45,408 nucleotides of DNA from an uncultured archaeon. Its GTDB lineage: Archaea; Asgardarchaeota; Heimdallarchaeia; Heimdallarchaeales; Kariarchaeaceae. Positions within the stretch are counted from its first letter, which is position 1. Each line of letters opens with the position of its first letter. The DNA is taken from assembly GCA_964645535.1 (NCBI GenBank), contig CAZYCQ010000023.1, positions 1-45,408 on the forward strand, read 5' to 3'. The translations under genes were made by a program, and so were the position numbers. This document shows, piece by piece, positions 32,347 to 39,483 of this stretch. Below the pieces are notes generated by a model that saw nothing but the letters and a program-made list of their open reading frames with translations, was not told the DNA's origin and ran no database searches.

Positions 32347-33879
32347 GTGAATGAATCATTGATTTCTGTAATGCGGATTGCGGATATGCTCCGGAGAGGA
32401 ACATTGACCATCCCTGAAATAGAGGCTGCGGCAGCTGACAGGATATATACATATAATCACAAACTCAGGGCAATGATTACTCTCAATGATGAAAGCAGGA
32501 TGAACTCCTATGATTTGAACTTCATTCTTCGGGAATCTCCGGAAATCGCAAGGTCAAAAAGACTTTTAGGCATTCCTACTATTTTGAAGGATGTATTCCT
32601 GACAGATGATCAAGGAACTTCAGCAGGAATGATGAAATATTTTGGATATCGGTCACGTATCAGTGCCCCAATTGTTGATCTGATTGAGGAAGAAGGAGCC
32701 TTGATCATGGGAAAAGCCAGTGTTCCGGAAATGGCAGGAGATGTCCAGACATACAATGACATTGTGGGCATTTGCAGGAATCCTTGGAATTTGGATCTGA
32801 CGGTTGGAGGTTCTTCTGGAGGAGTTGCCGCGGCAATCTCGATGGGTTTTGGTCATTTTGGGCTAGGCAGTGATTTGGCAGGTTCCTTGAGAATTCCGGC
32901 CAATTTCACGGGGACAGTTTCCTTGAAACCGACAGAGGGTCGGATTTCAACCATTGGACATTTTCCTCCAATTTATTCGGAACGCAAAATCCTAGAAGCA
33001 ATGGAAAGGGAAGGAGTAGGAAGACCTATGGATCTCCTTTTCAGATCGGGGTATGGGAAAAGTCCAAAAGATATCGACATAGATCGAGAGGATCTATATT
33101 TTGATTGTTTGACAGTCGGACCCATGACAAGGAGTGTAGCAGAGCTTGATTATATTGTAGATGTATTGTTCACTCCGACGACAGAGTTCGGTTCTTCTCT
33201 TCCAAAATTTTCGAGAGCAAAGCCTGAAAAAACATACAAATTAGGAATTACTAGCCATTTTCAGTTCCTTGAAACCGACAGGCGTGTTTCTTTGAAGGTG
33301 GAGGATTTTGGTGAGAAACTGGAGAAATGGGGAAATGATATTGAAGTGTTTGATTTACCGAAGGATATCTATATTCAATTCAGAGATGGTTATTCATGGT
33401 TTGGAAATCGGTTCATGTCACTTTGTGAGACAGAATTTGACATTCATGCGGAATCCTTGAATAAGAAAAGGGAAGGACGGGAAAAACTCAATCAGCAATT
33501 CGATCAGTTTCTTGAACCCTATGACTTCTGGATACTTCCTGTTTCGCCTACTTTGCCATATCCGCACAATCTGGAACATTCCCCAATTGAGATAAACGGC
33601 AGACCTGTGAAATATTGGAAAGCAACAATTTCATACACTTCATTTTTGAGTTACAGTGGTTTGCCGATACTCACCATACCTATTGGTCTTGTCAACAATC
33701 TTCCTGTCGGAGTACAAATTGTTGGGAAACGATGGAAAGATGAGAAGCTCATTGCATTTGGAAGATATCTAGAGCATAAATTGGGTAGGTTTCCTCATCC
33801 ACCCCTAAGTGATGAGATTCCAGAACTTGAGGAAGATGAGTTCTTGGAAGATATAGACAGTAGCCTCTTTGATTTCTAA
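32347..33879 (+). CDS. Amidase signature family enzyme
   Basis: LKD (catalytic Lys), GGSSGG, GSDLAGSLRIPA and LPVGVQIVG motifs. Confidence 0.92.
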   Translation: MNESLISVMRIADMLRRGTLTIPEIEAAAADRIYTYNHKLRAMITLNDESRMNSYDLNFILRESPEIARSKRLLGIPTILKDVFLTDDQGTSAGMMKYFGYRSRISAPIVDLIEEEGALIMGKASVPEMAGDVQTYNDIVGICRNPWNLDLTVGGSSGGVAAAISMGFGHFGLGSDLAGSLRIPANFTGTVSLKPTEGRISTIGHFPPIYSERKILEAMEREGVGRPMDLLFRSGYGKSPKDIDIDREDLYFDCLTVGPMTRSVAELDYIVDVLFTPTTEFGSSLPKFSRAKPEKTYKLGITSHFQFLETDRRVSLKVEDFGEKLEKWGNDIEVFDLPKDIYIQFRDGYSWFGNRFMSLCETEFDIHAESLNKKREGREKLNQQFDQFLEPYDFWILPVSPTLPYPHNLEHSPIEINGRPVKYWKATISYTSFLSYSGLPILTIPIGLVNNLPVGVQIVGKRWKDEKLIAFGRYLEHKLGRFPHPPLSDEIPELEEDEFLEDIDSSLFDF

Positions 33880-34682
33880 TTGTCTGTTGAGTTGATCCAT
33901 GCAATGATCGGTATCCAAAACGATTCAGGATTCTCAATCATGGCAAAATGACCGAGACCTTCCAAATGAAGAAGTTGATGTTTTTTCACGTGGTTTTGAA
34001 GATCACGGACATAAGAAAGAGGCCAAACATCTTTTTCTGCTGAAACAATGAGGACAGGATTTGGGAATTTCCGCAATTTGGGACGTACATCGAATCTTTC
34101 AATTTCTGGATAAAGGACATAATATTCATGATATGCAACCTTATGACATTGGTCAAGCAGTCTTTGAGCCTCGCCAAGATTAGGAGGGTCGAAATATACG
34201 GTGTAGGCTCTATTAAACTTCACTTGTAATGAGTTTGGATCCATTCTGGCGAAGTAAGTGTCAAGTTCATTCTTGGTTTGGGGAGAAAACCTTTCTCGAA
34301 TGTTCCAAGCCAACTCTCCTCTGAATCTTGAGCTTGCAGAGGTGGAGAAGAGAACTAGTCTGTCAACGTGTTTCATATGGCGAACCACATATGTAAGTGC
34401 AATAAGGCCTCCAAGCCCATGACCGAAGATAATTATTTTCTCGAATCCCAACTTTTTCCGAAGTTCCTCAACATCATCCGCCATAAGTTTGAATTTCAAC
34501 TGCTTATCATTTTCAACATTCGGGGACCTTCCGTGGGAACGATAATCAAAAAGCACAAGGGGGTGCTTAAAATCCATGTCTTTGAGGCTTGCTTCAAGGT
34601 AAGTCCTATCGAGGGGGAAGGTTGGAAAGAAAAAGATAGGGATTCCCTCCCCATCAATTAAGGTGAAGTCAAGTTCCATCAA
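33876..34682 (-). CDS. Alpha/beta-hydrolase fold protein (proline iminopeptidase-like) with Gly at the nucleophile position
   Basis: FDYRSHGRS, GHGLGG (in place of GHSxGG), EKD and GHFAMIE motifs. Confidence 0.88.
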   Translation of the reverse strand: MMELDFTLIDGEGIPIFFFPTFPLDRTYLEASLKDMDFKHPLVLFDYRSHGRSPNVENDKQLKFKLMADDVEELRKKLGFEKIIIFGHGLGGLIALTYVVRHMKHVDRLVLFSTSASSRFRGELAWNIRERFSPQTKNELDTYFARMDPNSLQVKFNRAYTVYFDPPNLGEAQRLLDQCHKVAYHEYYVLYPEIERFDVRPKLRKFPNPVLIVSAEKDVWPLSYVRDLQNHVKKHQLLHLEGLGHFAMIENPESFWIPIIAWINSTDN

Positions 34683-34718
34683 AAAGAATATGTGAAGATG
34701 TAGATTTAAAACTTGATT

Positions 34719-34886
34719 TCAGGCACAGGATTTGTTCAGTCTGTTGACTCTGGATTCAAGATCTACCCATTCTTCGAGCAGTTTTTTATGGATTTCATCC
34801 TTCAATGCCTCTATTATCCGGTCGTAGAGCTCATCGTCACTTATTTGTTCCATTGAGATATGGACGCCTTGATTTTCTGTTTCCAT
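34719..34886 (-). CDS. Small acidic helical hypothetical protein (55 aa)
   Basis: Below the ORF-track cutoff. Manual translation gives METENQGVHISMEQISDDELYDRIIEALKDEIHKKLLEEWVDLESRVNRLNKSCA. It is co-oriented with its neighbours and shows an amphipathic pattern. Confidence 0.6.
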   Translation of the reverse strand: METENQGVHISMEQISDDELYDRIIEALKDEIHKKLLEEWVDLESRVNRLNKSCA

Positions 34887-35045
34887 TAATACAAATTGAT
34901 TGTCAAGAGATAAAAGTCAAGGCGCTCAGAGGGGATTTTCCAAGTGAATTTTCGAGATCCAAATTCCAGAATGGGCAATTTTCCGATTCTTCCAAGTTCT
35001 ATCAAGAATAGATTCAGACTAGATCTAAAAATGAAAAATGGATTT

Positions 35046-35753
35046 TCATTTTGTCATTTCAAAAATTATTGGGGGAACATCAGTCAAGTGATCTACAATA
35101 TAGTCGGGATTGGATTCCTCCAATGGTTTCCTAGTATATTTTCCAAATGAGCCTAGAACTGCAATGGATTTGCATCCCACTGCTTTTGCAGCTTGAACAT
35201 CGACTGGAAGATCCCCTACCATGACAATTTGGCTTGGATCCACATCAATTTTCTGAGCTGCGAACAGAATAGGTTCTGGATCTGGTTTGGCACGGCTTAC
35301 ATCATCACGGGTAACGATGACATCAAACTGGTTGAACCTGGGAAATTCATCAAAAGCCTTGTGAATTGTATCTCTGCTTGCACTGGTCACTAAAGCCAAC
35401 TTCAGGTCTTTTTCCCTTATCTGTTCCAGCACTTCAAAAGATCCTTCCACAGGGACAATTTTCTTGAATAATTTCCTCCTTCTTGAAAGCTTCAACCACA
35501 GTATTTTTCGTTGGAAAAAGTTCAAACCCGCAGTTTTTGCGATATAGGAGATTGCATTATAAATTATGAACTTGGTCTTTCCGCCTGATTTTTGGATAAT
35601 CCCACTCAGATTCTGTTCCACATTTTCCAAATCCAGATCTGGCTTTACCTCCCTGATGGCAGAAAAAAGAGGATTGATCCATCTCTCATTCAAGTCTATA
35701 AGTGTTCCATCGAAATCAAAAAAGACAGCTTGAACCATCTGGGGTGCGATCAA
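35046..35753 (-). CDS. HAD family hydrolase (phosphoglycolate phosphatase-like)
   Basis: FFDFDGTL, LVTS, KPDPEP and MVGD...D motifs. Confidence 0.92.
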   Translation of the reverse strand: MIAPQMVQAVFFDFDGTLIDLNERWINPLFSAIREVKPDLDLENVEQNLSGIIQKSGGKTKFIIYNAISYIAKTAGLNFFQRKILWLKLSRRRKLFKKIVPVEGSFEVLEQIREKDLKLALVTSASRDTIHKAFDEFPRFNQFDVIVTRDDVSRAKPDPEPILFAAQKIDVDPSQIVMVGDLPVDVQAAKAVGCKSIAVLGSFGKYTRKPLEESNPDYIVDHLTDVPPIIFEMTK

Positions 35754-35782
35754 AGTAGGGAAATAAAAACCTTGGGAAGAAG

Positions 35783-36175
35783 TTATCTTGCTTCCATAAT
35801 TTTTTGGTTGAATGTTTCCTTATCGACAACATACCTTTCATGCTCTCCTTCCCCGATAACAAATCCTTGATACATGGCAATCACCTTAAGCAGAACACGT
35901 TTTTTGACAATCGATTCTACTTTTGCCTTTACACTGATTACCTCTCCAGGGATTACAGCCCGTTTATGGTCGACACAGATTTTTGTTCCTACAGTAATGA
36001 ATCTTTGTCCAAGGAATTCTTGAAGAAGGATTTTTGCAGTTTCTTCCATAAAAAGGATCATACTTGGTGTAGCAAGAACATTGACATCTCCTGAACCAAT
36101 CTTCATGGCAGTATGGTCTTCTGAGACATAATAATCCCGTACCAATTCCCTACCGATGGCTTGATCAAGATTCAT
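35783..36175 (-). CDS. Hot-dog fold thioesterase (fluoroacetyl-CoA thioesterase FlK-like)
   Basis: GSGDVNVLATPSMILFME, TVGT...H and GEGEHER motifs. Confidence 0.9.
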   Translation of the reverse strand: MNLDQAIGRELVRDYYVSEDHTAMKIGSGDVNVLATPSMILFMEETAKILLQEFLGQRFITVGTKICVDHKRAVIPGEVISVKAKVESIVKKRVLLKVIAMYQGFVIGEGEHERYVVDKETFNQKIMEAR

Positions 36176-36227
36176 AATAATAGATTATAGATTGTTTACT
36201 TAAATTTACGTAACTTTCCTCAGGCAT

Positions 36228-36860
36228 TTATTCGATTGTTTTCAATTCCCTTCCTACAAATCCATATGCGCCAAGAACTATCCCGATGACGAATCCGAGG
36301 AAATGGGCAAAAATGTTGGTGTTTGAATTTGTTGAAGAGAAAATGAAGAAAATTATTCCTGCAGCCAGCATGCGATTTTTTTCTTCAAGTTGGCGTTTTC
36401 TTGCCCATCCAACGATCACCCCCAAAAGACCGAAGATTGCACCGGATGCACCCACTTGGAATGAATTCCCGAGAATGGGGGCTGAAAGGATCAATGAGCC
36501 AAAGCCAGAAATGAAATATGCCTTGTAGATGTCTTTATTCTTGAATCCTTTATCTTCCATGAAGAATCCGAAAATCAGCAGAAACAGCATATTCCCGAAC
36601 AGATGTCCCAAATCGGCATGGAGGAATAATGAGGTAATGATTGTCCAAAAAAAAGCAGGAAACGTCAAAAGTGAGAACCCAAATACAATGACCGAAAATT
36701 GTGGCATTTGATACAATGAAAGGGTTTGTTCGTATCCATTTGCTGAAGCCAACAAGCCGACAATGAATGCAAATACATAGAATATGACATTGATGAAAAG
36801 AAGTTGACCTGTGGCATTCTTGAATTCAGAAAGAGGGGAGTCCTCCGTTTGGGAACTCAT
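36228..36860 (-). CDS. Rhomboid family intramembrane serine protease
   Basis: FLHA..GHLFGNM, GASG (catalytic Ser) and AHFLG (catalytic His). Confidence 0.93.
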   Translation of the reverse strand: MSSQTEDSPLSEFKNATGQLLFINVIFYVFAFIVGLLASANGYEQTLSLYQMPQFSVIVFGFSLLTFPAFFWTIITSLFLHADLGHLFGNMLFLLIFGFFMEDKGFKNKDIYKAYFISGFGSLILSAPILGNSFQVGASGAIFGLLGVIVGWARKRQLEEKNRMLAAGIIFFIFSSTNSNTNIFAHFLGFVIGIVLGAYGFVGRELKTIE

Positions 36861-36945
36861 AAGTCTATTTCGTCAGAATGGTTAAAACTTAATTGATTTG
36901 AAGCACAATCGATCGTATTAAAAACCAAAGGAGAATCGACGTTTT

Positions 36946-38241
36946 GTGTGGAAGAAGACTCATGATATAGGTATGCTTTCTCCAAAGATGGAAGGAGAAA
37001 AGGTCACAGTCAATGGTTGGGTCCATGCCCTGCGAATTAAGGGAAAAATTGCATTTCTTGTCATAAGAGATGCTACAGGAACTGTTCAAGCGACTGCATT
37101 GAAAAAGAATAGTGAAGAGGTTTTTGAAGTCCTTAAGGATCTTACAAGAGAATCTTCAGTATCAGTCACGGGAACAATCAAGGTACACCCCGAAGCTCCT
37201 GGTGGGTTTGAGATCATCCCCAGTCATCTGGAAATTCTGAATAAGGCAGAAAGTCCGCTTCCATTTGATCCTTTTGCAGATTTCATCAACACCAACAAGG
37301 ACACTCGTTTTGATTGGCGAATATTGGATCTCAGGAATCCCAAGGTATTGGCATACCAGCAATTACGGTCTGCGGTAATCTTTGAAGTCAGCAATTACAT
37401 GATGAAAGAAGGGTTTACTTTTTGGTCAACTCCCAAGGTGCTGGGTGCGGCAAGTGAGGGAGGAGCAGAGGTGTTCAATGTTGATTGGTTTGGTCAGCCC
37501 GCCTTTCTTGCAATGTCACCCCAGTTGCACAAACAAGCCATTGCCGCAAACACCGGAACAAAATTTTTTGAGATTACACCGTATTTTCGAGCAGAAAAAA
37601 GCAGAACCCGACGGCATCTTGCAGAATTTTCAGGATTTGATGTAGAGGTTCCATTTGCAACAGACGAGGATGTCTGGCAGTATATGGAAGGGATTGTCAA
37701 AACAGCAAGCGATGCAGTTCGGAAACATCCTAAGCTTCTTGAAACGTTAGGTGTTGAGGTTCCAGAAGTTAAGACACCCTTCAAACGTGTCAGCTATGAT
37801 GAATGTGTGAACCTCCTCAATGAGAATGGAATGGAAATGGAATGGGGTGAAGATTTCTCAACGGAACAGGAGGCAAAGCTTTGGGAGTTGATTGCCGAAC
37901 CATTCATCATCTACCAATTCCCCCGAAGTGTAGGAAAGTTCTATGTGAGGGGTGTTGATGGAGATGAAAGGAAATGCCATGCCTTTGACCTTATCTACAA
38001 GCATGAATTGAGTTCAGGAGGATGGAGAGAGCATAGGTATGACAAACTGCTTGAAAACATCAAGGCCAAAGGATTGAACCCCGATAATTTTGAATCCTAT
38101 CTCAATTTCTTCAAATATGGCGCCGCACCCCATGCAGGATTTGGTTTGGGAATTGAACGGCTAGTTGCCACATTACTGAGTGCGCCAGATGTGCGTGAAG
38201 TGGTTGCATTTCCAAGAACTGTTGATCGCCTCCATCCATGA
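36946..38241 (+). CDS. aspS: Aspartate--tRNA(Asp/Asn) ligase, archaeal non-discriminating type
   Basis: OB-fold plus class IIb motifs (SPQLHKQ, FRAE...RHLAEF, ELSSGG, GFGLGIERL). The KQ motif marks Asp rather than Asn specificity. His in GWVH and Pro in APGG are the known non-discriminating signature. Confidence 0.9.
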   Translation: MWKKTHDIGMLSPKMEGEKVTVNGWVHALRIKGKIAFLVIRDATGTVQATALKKNSEEVFEVLKDLTRESSVSVTGTIKVHPEAPGGFEIIPSHLEILNKAESPLPFDPFADFINTNKDTRFDWRILDLRNPKVLAYQQLRSAVIFEVSNYMMKEGFTFWSTPKVLGAASEGGAEVFNVDWFGQPAFLAMSPQLHKQAIAANTGTKFFEITPYFRAEKSRTRRHLAEFSGFDVEVPFATDEDVWQYMEGIVKTASDAVRKHPKLLETLGVEVPEVKTPFKRVSYDECVNLLNENGMEMEWGEDFSTEQEAKLWELIAEPFIIYQFPRSVGKFYVRGVDGDERKCHAFDLIYKHELSSGGWREHRYDKLLENIKAKGLNPDNFESYLNFFKYGAAPHAGFGLGIERLVATLLSAPDVREVVAFPRTVDRLHP

Positions 38242-38290
38242 ATTGGTTTTCTACCAGAAGATTTATGTCAATTATTGATATGTCAAGATC

Positions 38291-38512
38291 ATGAAGATTC
38301 TTCATAAGGAGTTTGTTACCTCAGCTTGTGGGTGTCAATCCTGTGTAAACAACAAGGAAGAATTGATCTTTTCAGTTTATTAAGGGAAGGTGGTTTATTT
38401 TTGCACTGAGGATTGTAAGGAAGAATTTGACGAGGATCCAGATCTGTTCCTTCAATCTGACCATTTCAAAATAACCCTCGAGGATTTAGATCCTGTTGTC
38501 TATGAAGATTAA
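38291..38512 (+). pseudogene. YHS/TRASH metal-binding domain gene interrupted by an in-frame TAA
   Basis: Translation MKILHKEFVTSACGCQSCVNNKEELIFSVY*GKVVYFCTEDCKEEFDEDPDLFL... The stop at 38381-83 falls inside the YHS motif YxGxxYFCxxxCxxxFxxxP. Confidence 0.8.
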
Positions 38513-39426
38513 GTCAAGATTTCGCAACCATCGCTTTTTACGATTATTGTATGCTCAAATTGGCTGACATTTGCTTTTGGATCAACTTCCACCAAAACTG
38601 GATAGCCCATGATGATCTTTGCCCGCAATAGTTTTCTGATGTCACGGGTAATTTCATCCTTGGTTAGATCCTCTTCCATAAGAAAACGAGGTGAAAAAGG
38701 AAGAATGCCCACTTTATCAATATACTTCTTCAGAATTTTGGCTAACTCAGTTTCTTTTGGTTTGGGTTTTCGAATCACACGAAAAATATTCATTTTCCTT
38801 CCGTTTTTCACCTCTCCTCGTCCATCCGTTGCGAATGGTTCAATGGCATAGACCTTTCCTTTCTCCAACCTTCCTTTGACAAGACCAAAAATCTTCGATC
38901 CATGATTAGGTATTGTCTGACCGGCATGAAGAACGAATCGTTTGATTTGGTGGCCAGAAAGGTTTCTTATCGGTTCATATCCTGCATCGGCAATGGTTTT
39001 CTCGATTACTGCTCCAATTTCCATCACTTTTACGCCAGCTTTTACTTTGTCAATTGCTGCATCAAGGGCTTCTTTCGTCACCTTGGTCATGTCATCATAT
39101 TTTTTGTTGAAATTGACAGTTATTGCGGTATCCACAATGTAACCATCAACATGGGCACCCAAATCCACCTTGATTGTATCGGCTTTTCCAACGGTACGAG
39201 TATCATTGATGTCGGGTGAATAATGGGCAGCTTCATTGTTAACTGAAAAGTTTAAAGGAAAAGAGGGACTTGCTCCCTGCTTTCTGATGAATCCCTCGAT
39301 TTCCTGAGCGAATTCGAAGGCATTTTTTCCAGGTTTGAGTGTTCGTTCCACCAATTTTTTTGCTTCAATTGAGATTCTCCCGGCTTCACGATATTTTTCC
39401 AATATTTCTTTTGCTTTTTGTTCCAT
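38509..39426 (-). CDS. map: Methionine aminopeptidase type II
   Basis: AAHY, DLGAHVDGYIVDTA, NLSGH, AIEPF and QFEHT motifs, with the type II insertion. Confidence 0.95.
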   Translation of the reverse strand: MEQKAKEILEKYREAGRISIEAKKLVERTLKPGKNAFEFAQEIEGFIRKQGASPSFPLNFSVNNEAAHYSPDINDTRTVGKADTIKVDLGAHVDGYIVDTAITVNFNKKYDDMTKVTKEALDAAIDKVKAGVKVMEIGAVIEKTIADAGYEPIRNLSGHQIKRFVLHAGQTIPNHGSKIFGLVKGRLEKGKVYAIEPFATDGRGEVKNGRKMNIFRVIRKPKPKETELAKILKKYIDKVGILPFSPRFLMEEDLTKDEITRDIRKLLRAKIIMGYPVLVEVDPKANVSQFEHTIIVKSDGCEILT

Positions 39427-39483
39427 TTACAAAGTCAGGATTTGGAGATACAAATTAAATGATTCTGTTCATGCGGCACGAAG

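Noticed and set aside
32347-33879. Amidase as GatA partner of the non-discriminating AspRS
   Set aside because: It looks like a general amidase-signature enzyme and there is no gatB or gatC in the window.
36946-38241. Assignment as AsnRS because of the RAEKSRTRRHL motif
   Set aside because: The SPQLHKQ and ELSSGG motifs indicate Asp specificity.
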